Origin: Octopus sinensis
Taxonomy: Eukaryota
Direction of reading: 5' to 3'
Length of the DNA: 64,000 nt
Assembly: GCF_006345805.1 (NCBI RefSeq)
Contig: NC_043000.1
Location: forward strand, 57,164,001-57,228,000
Position numbers and translations under genes: made by a program. A model generated the notes under the pieces. It worked only from the letters and a program-made list of their open reading frames with translations. It made no database searches and was not told where the DNA came from. Of this stretch, positions 10,861 through 23,280 are shown in pieces; position 1 is the first letter of the stretch, and each line of letters begins with the position of its first letter.

Positions 10861-13828
10861 AAGAAGAATGGCATGGAAATATATTGCTATTATTTCAATA
10901 TGTCAGTTCTCAAGTATGCTTCAGTAATGCATATATCACTGCACTTATACAGTGTATGTATGCACCTTTTCTACAAAAATACTATAGGCTTTATCACAAT
11001 GGATAGAAGCCATGTACATTACTTAGCATCTACACGTGTAGATTATGGAGTTCAGTGCATTATACTGACTGAGCTCTTCTGTAATTCATTATTTGTCATG
11101 CATACAAAGCACAGTCTAACAGTATGTGTGTGTGTGTGTTGTTAGGAGAATTTTCTGTTTATTATGATTAATATTTTTCTTAATTTTCTTTCAATTCCAC
11201 CATTGCAGGCATTCTGCTACAAAGTTTCTCTTCATTTCTTCCATGGCTATTTGATGCCTCATCAATTAGCAAACAACACTGAAGCCTGAATCTCTTTCAA
11301 ATCAAAACTTACTATTTTAAAAAGTAAAGGATGCATTGAATAAAGTTGTCATAGACAGATGGGAGCACATTGATTGAACGCCTTTGTATTTATATATTTT
11401 ATATTGCATTTGGCAAACAATAGCATCATTGGTTACATACCTGCTGAGACAATTACTACATCACAGCATCTCTTATAGTTAGAGTGATAGGGTAGTCTCT
11501 ACAACTTGGTGTGAAATAAATACATTAATAAATTTCTACTGATTTTTAAAATTTCTACCTAATGTTGTTTGCATTCTCTATTGACATAAATTGACAAAAG
11601 ATGCACACACAAACACACACAGAGCTGGATACTCTTTCAAAAACATTACTACTAATAGTTTCACCCTTCCATAGCTCTTCAGGTATTGACTTCACATTCA
11701 CATTCTGTTGTTGCTTGTTAAAATAATGCCAAGTTATTCATTTCTCTTTCTGTTTAATTATTGGATGTATGTCCATATCAGTTGCTAAATTTGTACTGGT
11801 ATGATGCCTGTATGCATGTTTCAACATGCAAATTTAAATGTCTGTGTTCATTTGTTTGCACATTCATTCGAAGTATTTACTATATGAGTATATATCTTTA
11901 CCGCTATAAATGATATGTTAGATTCTGTATTCCAATTCTCTTATATTGCTTTTATTTATCTTTGTCTCTGTCTATCCACCCTCACACATACACACTTACA
12001 CACTCAGCTGGCTTCTGAATGGTTTCCGTGTAAGCAATTCTATTCACAAAGCTTTAGTAGGTGGTACTTCGTAATAGGTCAAAGTACAAACTACAGGATT
12101 GTGAAATGAATATAAGAAGACAGCCACTCCTGTGCTCCCACATTGCTAGGCTTTCACCTTTGATCATAGGTCCACTAAATCACATTGACTTGGGACTAAA
12201 CAACAACAGTAACTGATATATTCTTATGAATTTTCGCACTGACTTTCTATCTGTTTTAGAATTAAGTCATATAAATCCAATTTGCCTTTCAGTTTATACT
12301 GATTATTAATAGATTGTTTTTATCTTCTTAGCTGTAGAATCAAGTACAATTATGTCAATCTCTTATAATGAAGCTCTAATAAATAAGTCATTATACACCG
12401 CCATGTGCATGCAAGAATGAGAGAATCAACAATAATACTGATAACAATAATATAGCTAATTCACTACTGATATGATTAAGTACTTTGAATGTATTGTAAT
12501 TAATATAAAGCCTGAGTGATTTACAGAGGCTGTTATTGCTGGATTGCTGTGGTTGACCTCCTGTTCACCTGAGCAGCTGAATGGCCACGTAAGCTCATTG
12601 GAGCTGCTGTTGTAAGAAATCAATGCCTGTGTCTGTATTTCTATATTGAAGACACAATAGCACACGTGCACACACACACACAAGTCATACTTATAGTATT
12701 TCCATTCACCCCAATCTCTCTCTCCTTCTCTTGATATGTACACACACTCAACCCATGTCACATGCATGCACAAGTACACCAAGCAAATACTTCACCTTCC
12801 TCATAAACATCACACCACACATATGAATACATGCATACTCACATATGTGTACACATACACACACACACACACACGACATTCCCTCTCCTATCTACTTTCC
12901 CTCTTATTTAATGCTTCAGTAAAATAACTATATTATTTAGGTGTAGAATATTATTGATTTCTCAGTTTGGTGCTAGCTCCTCATTTTTACCACACATAAA
13001 TGTGATTTCTATATTGAAAGAAAGCTTGCTCATATAAAGCAGTAATATTTTCTTTGAAAACAGGATTCCAAATGTTAAGTAAATGTATTAAGCAGAACAA
13101 CTCAAAATGCAGCATTTTAATTCTATTTTTATAGTATCTGAGGCATACTTAAACTATTTTGGTTCATTCAAGAACAGGAGTAGTGACTGAGAAATTAACT
13201 TGCTAGTCTATTTATCTAGACAAAGATTAGGAGTTCAAACTCTGTGTGTGACTCCTATATTATATAGATTATGTGTTGTATTGGAGTTTTAAAATTTCAG
13301 TGATTGGATATTGACTTAGCATATCCATATTGACTTTGCATGTTTGTCTCTATATGTGTCTTCACATTGGTTCTGCTTGGGCAGTGGCAATGTTTATGTC
13401 TCCTATAAACAGTCTCTCATTCAAAGGTTTGATGGACAAAAACATGGAATAAAGTACTCCTCCAATACACAACCTTCTAACTACAAAGGGAACGTATAGC
13501 AATCACTATATTTTGATCAAACACAAATCACAACTTACCTGTAACAGCTAGATTAATTTGCATACTGTGCACCTATCATCTGTATGATTAAATAATAAGT
13601 ATTTATGCATAAGACAGCATGTTATTAGGAAACCTAGGATAAATTTTAAATAGTTGAAACTAAAGTTTTTAAGCCTTCACTGTGAAACTTTAAACAGATG
13701 TAAATACATTTTGTTATTCTCTTTGCACACTGAAAATATAATAAAAGAGATTGTCCTGACATATTTCATGTTTTGTTGATTATTCATCTGAGGACCAGTT
13801 GACCCTCATTTATGCATGTGTACACACA

Positions 13829-14177
13829 TCTCTATATATATAAACGGCAAAATGTCTGTCTATGTGTGTGTCCTTTATACAAATCCACAATTTTTCAGTT
13901 AGAGGGTTTGCACTTTTTATGGTCATTCAAAACCATCCAAGAGTGGTCGTGCACATCTTTACATTTCCCCAGTCACCCCGCAAAGCTATTAAAAAATCAA
14001 TAGAAGTGACTTTTTTGTGAATTTTCTATCCAAAACCCAATCAAAATGCCCGAAACTTGATATGCCAATTGAATGCCAGCTAGCTTTATGTGATTGGTCG
14101 GTGATTTGGACAGTACTCGCATGTATGTGCACACGCACGCAGCTATATATGCATGCACTAGCGGGTCATAGTGCTAG
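13829..14177 (+). mobile_element. Non-autonomous Helitron (~350 bp)
   Basis: A|TCtctatatatataaacggc 5' end; 3' end gcactagcgggtcatagtgCTAG|T, containing a gcacta/tagtgc hairpin; A-T insertion site and no TSD. Confidence 0.75.
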
Positions 14178-15249
14178 TACATTATATAAAGACTGCTTAA
14201 ATTACTGATTCTTCAGTTTCTTTAAAAAACAAAGAATCTCAGCAACATTGAATTAGTTTGATAGATTAATTTTAATTTCTACTAGATCTGAAAATAGAAC
14301 TATATGTTTTGTTCCTATCTCTGTATATCTATCACCTTCAGAGTCATTAGAGCAGTTTAGTGATATTTATTCCACCTATGTCAACTTTGCCTCTCAATCT
14401 TTTAGGGTCATAATAAAATGCCAATCTAAAGCAGCAGATTGCTGAAACTGTTAGAAAATGAAGCCGGATACCTTGTAGTATTTGTTCTGGCTCTTTACAT
14501 TCTGAGTTCAAATCCCATCATGGCCTACTTGGATGGTAAACTTCATCTGTTGACTTGTTTAACATCATCACCGAGCAATTCTGTGTACGTTTAGTAGTCC
14601 ACTTTGTTGTACACTTTTGAGCCATGTTTCTGGTTTGGGAATACCTTTCTCCCTCCTCTCCCACCAGTCTTGGAAGCCCTGTAATAGGTCATGAGCACCA
14701 CCTTCTTAAATATTTGAAGAAAAAAAAAACAATTAAAAAAAGAAAAGAAACAGCTGTTTTGATAAGGAGAAATCTTATGATGCTTTATTTCCTTTGATTT
14801 TGATTTTTATTTATTGCATTTATTTATTTATTTATTCAATTGGTTGTTAAACTGTTAAAGTATGTACCAGCTTAAATTTAGTAAGTGGTCCGCTGCTTAT
14901 TAAACAGTTTTAGTATACTGTGGGAACAGTGTTCACCAATAGAGTCTGTGAGAGTGGGGAAAGAAAAGGGAAAGAAAGAGAGAGAATGATATAGCATTTC
15001 TGGAATTAGCTTTTTTCTGTTGAGATGACTAAGCAAAACTCTCTAATTGGGAAGTTTGTGTGTGTGTGTACAGATTGCTTTAACTCATATATGATTCAAA
15101 CCATTATATGTAATTTTTATTTTCTAATTAATTTTCTTTTATTCTCTTTTTTCTCTCTCTCTCTCTCTCTCTTTTTTTTTTTTTTTTTGTATTCCTTCCC
15201 TGAATTAAATATGTTAATACTAACTACACTACAATAATATAGTTCTGGC

Positions 15250-15633
15250 ATCTTTTATCGTTTACTTGTTTCAGTCATTGGACTACAGCTATAACGGGTT
15301 ATTGCTTTCAGGGGTTTAGTCAAAGAAATCAACTCCAGTACTTTTTTTTCAAACCTGCTACTTATTCTTCAGGTTTCTTTTTACTGAACTGCTAAGTTGC
15401 AGGGTTGTAAACAAACCACCACCGTTTGTCAAACAGTGGAGGTGGGGTTCAAACGCAAGCATGAAAGCATATGTGCGTGCACACACACCCACACACACAT
15501 GATGGCTTTTTTAAAGATTTTGTTTACCAAATCCACTCACAAAATTTTGGTTTGTCTGGGGCTATAGTAGAAGACACTTGCCAAAGTGCCATACAGTGGG
15601 ACTGAACCCAGAACTCATTCAAAACCAAGCTTA
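15250..15633 (-). mobile_element. SINE family A, head truncated at a piggyBac-MITE end
   Basis: Same 3' body and CORE-like segment as 10006-10395. Confidence 0.8.
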
Positions 15634-15634
15634 C

Positions 15635-15676
15635 TTAACCCTTTTGTTACCAACCCGGCTGAAACCAGTACTGGTT
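15635..15676 (+). mobile_element. piggyBac-type MITE terminal fragment
   Basis: TTAA|CCCTTTTGTTACC start, then an abrupt switch to hAT transposase sequence. Confidence 0.55.
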
Positions 15677-17053
15677 GGAGTTGTCATTTTGTAATTCTAT
15701 CAATCCCTCCTGAACGTCATCCTTGCAATCGACTGCATCGACCTCAAATGGACTGCTATACCAATTTGGAATATTCAGCGCAACAACATCATCAAATCGC
15801 TCCACCATGTTATTGTGCAATGATTATAAATAGTTGCAATATGTAGTTAAATCCTCATCAACTAATTCATCTTTCAAAGAATCAAGTTGTGGAAATTGAT
15901 GGAAATGAAGATAGTGATAAATGATTTACAATCAATGAGAGTTTTTTTGTTTCCTTGCCATAACTTATTCAAGTCATTTAATTTTGTGAATATATCACAA
16001 AAAAAAAGATATCGCACTTTGCAGACACCAGTGAAGCGGATAGTGGTGTATCTTCAAATAAATATATGATTATATGAAACAGTTCAACAAATCATAAAAC
16101 ACAGTTTCCTTTTGACAGCCACCGCACTTTGGTATGGTATAAGAGTTTAGTATGGTCTGCATCATTTCTCAGACAGAGTTGACGGAAAATTTAATCAGAC
16201 AATCAGACTGGACTTCAATTTGTTCACAGTCTTGATTACTCACTGTAGTGTATCATTTGACCTACTGTTCATGTTTTTTGCTGCTAAATGCTGCTGGTGT
16301 GCCATGCAATGAACAGTTAGTATCTGGTAGGAAAAAGGCTCCATCAGATACACAGGCAAGAATATTACTGAGTAGGATATTATGTTCAAAAAGGAAAGAC
16401 TTGAGAGTGTGAAAAATAGTTGCACCTCTTGAATCAAGCAGCAGTTTCTCTGTGAAAAGGTTGAAGGTCTTTGCTGAAATACTGAACATATACCATCATC
16501 AAACATTGATTGTCCACAACAGTTGACTCATCCACTTATATAGAAAATTCAGAACAGTGGAGAATATTAATGAGCTGATGTCTGACATCGTTGGCCATTT
16601 CATCGATGCTTCGAGAAATTTTGTTATTACTAAGTGGGATCTTCATAATGGTATCAGGTTTTTCGTGCATAATGGTTGACAAAACCTCTTCAATAACTGG
16701 GTGAAGTAATGTTTCTCCAATTGTGTGGGACTTTCCAGACTTAGCAACAAGCAGTGCAATGTTGTACAATGCAATCAACCTGTCATTCTCCTGTTTACTA
16801 GTTTACTGGAGTAGTGTGTTGAATGTTTGTATTTTCTTTTGAAAGTGGAACTCAATTGCAAAAAGTATGATAATGACTTGTCCTTCTTGTCAGAATGCTT
16901 TGCATCAAAGGGATACTTCAAGCGTGGTTTCATTGCTTCGTTGGTCAATGTTTGATGGCAAACAAGGCACATTGGTAACTGAGGAGAGGGAATAAATCCA
17001 AACGATAAATAATCACCATTGTACTGTCGACAAATTTTCTTGACTGGAGGCAT
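15677..17053 (-). pseudogene. hAT Charlie/Buster-type transposase pseudogene (BED finger plus catalytic core, C-terminus missing)
   Basis: RQYNGDYLSFGFI...PMCLVCHQTLTNEAMKP; YNIALLVAKSGKSHTIGETL...IPLSNNKISRSIDEMA...EFSI*LDES; ILACVSDGA; VHCMAHQQHLAAK; LLYHTKVRWLSKG. Multiple stops and frameshifts. Confidence 0.92.
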
Positions 17054-17822
17054 TAGTAAAGTGAAAATGTGAAAATGAATTTTTATGGATGGCGTCAGAA
17101 AGGCAATATGGTATTCTCAAAGAGAAGTTAATAGAGTAGAGTCAGATGACATGTCTTTAATGGAGCAAATATAAATCTAGTTCATTTGGCTGCCAGCATT
17201 TCAAAAATTAAAGTTTATTAAAGCTAAATTGCTGGAGTTATTCAACTTTTTCCAGAAAAATATTTTTAAAAAGTTATAGAAGTTTGGTCATCTTCACCCA
17301 GTCAAGAAACACGATTTCAAAGCTGTCATTTTGTGCGTGACTGCACATTTTGTCGATATCCTGAAAATAGCAATTGTGTTTTGATATGAAACCACAGAAT
17401 TACACATGACATATAGCCCCTCATAACATTTTAAATTTTTTTGAGTTTTTGGAAAATTTTTATGAATCTGAAATCTACATGCGTGACTTTGTACAATTAT
17501 GCCAGAGAAAAAAAATTGTAGTGGAGTGTGATTTAAGGCCTAGGCTGCTATTTTTCGCATGCATGGCAACCAGCTCAATGATTGCAACAAAAATATTCAA
17601 TTGATAAACAAGTCTGCTTTTTTAATAGAAAGGGACGTCTCGTGCAAGTAGTCAAATTGATAAAAGCGCATCCTTATTCTAGGCATGCCTAGATATCAGT
17701 AAATGCAGACTTAATTTCTAAAAATTCATTATCACCCACATAATGTTCATATCGCCCACCATTTTCTAGAAATTCACCCATTGCCCACTGGTGGGCAATA
17801 TCACCCACTGTGGGAAGCTCTG
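15677..17822 (-). mobile_element. hAT DNA transposon, one terminus retained
   Basis: Terminus CAGAGCTTCCCACAGTGGG (minus strand) at 17822 with subterminal ATYRCCCAC repeats upstream of the transposase. Confidence 0.75.
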
Positions 17823-19116
17823 CTGTGAAGTGTGCCAATTCATTCTACTTCTCTCTGGAATTCAGCACCCCTGTAGCTAAAATAACAGTAACAACATTAT
17901 TATATTATAGTAACCTGGAAATATTATGATTTCTTACAACACTGAAAAACAAACATCAGACCAACAACACTGGCTTTCTTTCAAACTTTAATGTGATAGT
18001 CTTTATACTGACAAACTTATTGTTTGACTCAAAGCTACTACATAATTTCATACAAAGAGGAAAGGTAAACATAAGCATAGTCTAATTGTATGAATTCAGG
18101 AATTAAGTAGGATTCCAAAGATATGCACACTTTAACCAAAATCTTCTCACCATTTTGCTACTCTTAGAACTAGTAACATAAGAGAAATTTGCAAACATTC
18201 AAGCATAGAGCAGCTACATCTACAGTAGGTTACTCTACACTACAGTTATCCCTTTTGCCATCCCAGGAAACTATAAACATCATATTCAGGAATTTCATTG
18301 CTTAGGATAAAACTGATTCCTTAGGTTTTCAGAGATAGGTTTTCTGTAGTTGGCAGCGTTTCAATTTTAATTTTTTGTACATCTTACTGACAGCTGTGGA
18401 ATAAAAAAAAATAGTTTGTGAAAATATAAAACAGAAACAAAAAACCCTTTACCCTGTTTCCTTCATATCACAGTCAGTAATAATTTTAAGTAGAACTCAA
18501 AAAATATGCACCCTGACAATCTCAAACTTATCTATTCCTTTTATTTTTAACTAAAATATTAAAAAATAAAAAAAAGTGTGTGATATTTTCCTTCAAGCAT
18601 CTTAAGCAACTTAACATATACAGTTAGTTTTCTACTGTTTTGAATTCTTGCTTATATGAATCATTCATAAAACTTGAAACACAAGTGAAATATTCTTTTT
18701 TTTTTTTAGTCTGCTTGTCTATTTAAAAAAAGTCTTACATTAGTAACAAATTGGCCTGTTTTTAACCAGATTCTAATCCCTGTTTAATCCTCCTCAATTT
18801 TATCTCTTAAGTAAATAAACTAATATACAACTCAGCTATTTATTGTTTAATACCTAAAAGCAAAACAAACCCTCGTTCTCCTGCTCTGTCCTCCACCTAC
18901 AAAAAAAAAATTAAAATCCTTTGGTTTTCTTACATTATGCTATTAACCTATTTAGCTATACATCTTCCTTCAAAATACTTTTTCCAAAATAACAACTTAA
19001 TATAATTTAGGTCTTTCAGTATCAATTTCTTTCTTTGTTTCCATAGTTCAGAAAGAAACCTTATCACATAAATAGAAGGAAGTAAAGCATTTATTTAACT
19101 GCAACTAGGATCAGTG

Positions 19117-19118
<2 letters not shown>

Positions 19119-19170
<52 letters not shown>

Positions 19171-19635
19171 GGTAGCAAGTTGAGCACTGGGGTTGATGCA
19201 ATCAATTTAGCGCACCATCCCCCCAAATTGCTGGCCTTGTTATGCTGAGAAAAATTGCTTTGTGGTATTCCTTTCAACTTTATCTTCTGAGTTCAAATGC
19301 CACCTGGGTCAACTTTACCTTTCATCCTTTCAGAGTCAATAAAAAAATAAGTACTATTTGAACATTGGATTTGATGTAATCAACTAGTCCTCTCACCTAA
19401 AATTTTGGGCCATGTATCTATAGTAGAAAGGATTATTATTATTGTTATTAAGGTGGCAAACTGTCAAAATCATTACCATGCCAGAGAAAATTGCTTAGCA
19501 ACATTTCTTCTAGAATTATGTTTTGAGTTAAAATCCCTCCAAGGTTCATTTTGCCTTTCATTCTTTCAGGGTCAATAAAATAAATACCAGTAGAACACTG
19601 GGGTCAATGTAGGCTTTGTGCCAAAATTTTATACC

Positions 19636-19670
<35 letters not shown>
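19119..19670 (+). mobile_element. Head-to-tail tandem of family B tRNA-SINEs separated by (ATT)n
   Basis: Two units aaggt...tgagtt(c/a)aa...cctttcat(c/t)ctttcag.gtcaataaaa...(att)n, preceded by another (ATT)n tract. Confidence 0.8.
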
Positions 19671-22600
19671 CGCATAGAATTCCAGCATTTAAAGTATATA
19701 AAAAATGTTTATAATCCTATTTCTCAAAGAAATTAATTCGTCTTTCTAATAAAATTCTTTCTAAACTGTTGATATATATCATCGTTACAAGTTTTTCTCT
19801 TCCATTCTCTCTCTTTCGCTTTCTTTTCCCATTCCTCTCTTTTTTGGAATTCTACCCAAACCATACTTGCTAAAGTAGAAAGAAAACTAAGTTAGCTGCA
19901 GTTCTACACCATATCTAGTCAATAACTTTAGCATAGTTAATCTAAACATTACTCCAAGCTCTATAGCTACCAAAGTTTGTGGCAGACATCATAGATGAAG
20001 CAGTAGTCTCTCAGGTAGTTGGATCCTTCATATGGTTTCAATTTTCACTTAAAGCTATTTTACTTTACTAAAAGTACTAATGCCCTTAGATGTCACAATA
20101 CTGTATTTCCTGCCCCTAAACATTTAAGGTCTTGTGACAAAAAAGAAGAAAAATTAGTACCAAATATTTCACATTTCTCTGTGAGTCTCAAGTGTTCATA
20201 TTTATGTTCTGCTAAAATTGAAATAATTGTATTTTCCTCATCATCTGTAGCGGTGATTAATCCGTTCAGTATTCAAATTACATTTTTTAAATATAAGAGA
20301 ATGTAAAAAATTATTTTTACAATGTTGTGTATATGGGAATGTGTGTGTGTAGATATATAAAACATGATGTTCTTTGCTTTGCTTAAAATGTGGCCCAGTT
20401 CTTGCAGTTGGGTACAGGTTCGCGATTCTTCAATTAAAAGGCTGGCATTTTGCCCAGTCTGTCATTATGATTCTTAAGATTGGTTGCAAAGAACACTGAA
20501 AGAACAATATATTTAAAGCAAGTTCTTCCTATAACTAATCCCTATACCTAAGCAACTGTAACTTCAACTTTAAATACTAATTCCTTACATCAGTATACAC
20601 AAAAATCATAAATTTCTTGGATGCTGTTGTTGCACATAAGATGGATCCAGCTGTCGGCTACCATCATGAAGACCACTGTACTACCTTCACTGGGCTTGAG
20701 AGAGTGTTAGCAGCAGATACTTCAGCCTTGTCAAATGGAAACTGGAGACGGGACAATGGCCAAGTAGTAGTAAATAACAGAAGTGATGTGTGTTCATTAT
20801 CCCCCCAGCCTTTCATGTATCAATGGCATTCCTCTAAACCCATTTCAGAGAGAGGCTAGCCACCCACTTCATTGGCTGGCATGAACATGCCTCTCTAGTT
20901 GCTGAGTTGCAACCTGCCATTTCATTCTGTTACTACTTTGATTTCTATGCTGTTCAATATCATGTGACATTGACCCATATGCTGACGTAGCCTTCTTGTA
21001 TCATTGTTGAAACACCATTCCGTGCAACATCTCTAGCTTCCACATCAATGACTCAAGAACTGAGACATACAGGAGCAGTGGGAGAGAAGAGTACCTTTAG
21101 ACTCCCATATACAGCCATCTACAAATTGTTGAAAATCTTACACAATCTACAATGAATTTTACAGTTATTATCGAACCTGATGATATTCAGAGAATTTGCT
21201 AATGTAAATGTTATACAAATACAAGCATAAAAGAGATTAAGTTAAAATTCTCATCTTTTATCTCTAGTAATAATAACTCATCTCAGAAATATAGTGATGT
21301 AAAAGATAAGTTTGTATATTTTGCTGCACTTAACTATTTTAGTTTTAGTTTTGTTATTTACTTGATTAATGACATAACTTAGGAGAAGATAATGATGCTG
21401 CAGCTATCACCAATGATGATTACATGTGTAGGAGCTATTTTCTAAATAATCTCATCAATTGAATTAAACTAATCTCTTTGCTGCAATATAAATTATCTTG
21501 TGAGGTTTTACATACAAAAATACACTAGTCTACATTATGTCATTTTCCCAACAAAGATATTCATTATTTTCCTTTATTCTTTTATTATTTAGCATTTTTA
21601 AGTAAAAACCTGAGACTTGTTGGCTGTTTCTTTTATGTGAACAGTTGTATTGTAGAAGAGAATTTTGTTATTGATTTTCTAGCTATATTTACAATCTGTA
21701 CTATTTAGTTAAGTTGAATGGTAATAGATGTCTGTAAGAATAAATTAACCCATCACAGTGGTGCAGCATATGATAATTAGTGTCATATGCAGCTCCTGGT
21801 TTGATTGGTTGATTCTAGGTTACACAATATGCTTCATTCTTTTATCTTACACTCTTTAGCATACCTCTCATTGTTTCCCATTTGTGTCAGCACTTATTAC
21901 TCTGTTCTCTGGTTAAGAGATAATAATGAACAAACAGAATGTATGAAATCTGTTTGCTATTAAGACTAAGCCATTAATGTTCCTTAAGCTTGTTATTTAT
22001 TATTTCACCTGAAGACAATCCCATTTAAAGTAGTACCCCACCTTCATTACCACCACTAACAACAACACTTAAAATTTCCTGAATGGTGTTCCACTGGGAT
22101 TTGATGCACCCCATATAATTCTTCACTGTATGCTGGATTATGCAAATTTCTCCTCTGCTGGATGAAGATATGCTATATTTGGGAAAATAGTGCTGTGGGT
22201 GGCTCCTCAATGTTTAACCATTTACCTGCATACCATAGAACTGTCAATCAGGTCTGACCTGAAGCTACGTAACAACATGTTTAAAACTGGTCTTTATTTC
22301 TTATATTTTACCTCATTCTTTTTGGCTTCATAAAATTCAAGTAGATATTTCAATAAACTGTTTTTCCTTCTAAAATCTTATTAAATTACAGATATTTTGG
22401 TTTTAGTTTCTTAATCTTTTTTTTTAATGTCTTTTAAGTTGTTTTCTCAAAGTAATTTCAGTAAATTTAGTGCATACAATTTTCTTTTTCCTTTGAGGTT
22501 TTTACATTAAATTATATTAAAAGTAGTTTCACTCAGATATTATGAGTCAAATTCAGTTTGACTCATAATATTGTGAATTTTATGATTATAGATGCAAAAA

Positions 22601-22699
22601 AGAAAAGAAGAAAAAGCACACACACACACATCCTCAGAATTTCCCTTCAAAACATGCATACTGACATACAGGTATACATTTAAAGGTATGTGCAAATGC

Positions 22700-23030
22700 A
22701 GGAATATGTCAGCTGTTTCACTTACTGCAACTACAGCTCACTGTGTTTTCTGCCTGTCTCCTCTACTACAAACGACTACTATGGTTTTGCTTCCTCTAAA
22801 CTAACAAATTGCAAACCACTCCAAGGCCAAACCTACTTGAAGTATTTGCTTGCCCTTGTCCCTTCTGTACTTCCTACCTTCAAATCCTATGCTAAATGCT
22901 CTTTCTCATTGCTTCTTCCTAGAATTCCCCACCCAGAGCTGCCCCTCTGTCATTTTCCCTACAATCAGTGACATAAAGAAGCAACATCTTCACCAGTCTG
23001 GAAGAGCCCACTTGAGTTATGGCTTTCTTT
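22700..23030 (+). mobile_element. CR1/L2-like LINE 3' coding remnant
   Basis: Degenerate YYGFASSKLTNC and ttcttcctaga...ctgcccctctgtcattttccct resemble the CR1-type C-terminus (FYRYYxGxCSxEL...FFPRT..LWNxLP..VFP). Confidence 0.5.
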
Positions 23031-23099
23031 CTTTACTTGTACTAAATGGTTATAAAAAAAAATATTGACAGAATATTTTGATATCTATGTATCTGTGTG

Positions 23100-23280
23100 C
23101 ATACGTTTGTGTGTCTGTGTTTGCCCCCCCCCCAACATTGCTCGACAACCGATGTTGGTGTGTTTACATCCCCGTAAGTATTAAGATAACAAAGAATGAT
23201 CCCTGGGGTTGATTTGCTTGACTAAAGGCGGTGTTCCAGCATGGCCATAGTCAAATGACTGAAACAAATAAAAGAGTAAC
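23100..23280 (+). mobile_element. SINE family A 3' body
   Basis: gacaaccgatgttggtgtgtttacatccccgtaa...actaaaggcggtgttccagcatggcc...gactgaaac. Confidence 0.8.

Noticed and set aside
12527-12588. Possible exon (ttacag|...ggccac|gtaagc; EAVIAGLLWLTSCSPEQLNGH)
   Set aside because: It lacks a polypyrimidine tract, matches no recognisable protein and has no partner exon; such splice-like pairs arise by chance.
17220-17530. Possible TTAA-bounded insertion in the hAT 5' region
   Set aside because: The ends do not form convincing inverted repeats; it may simply be part of the hAT.
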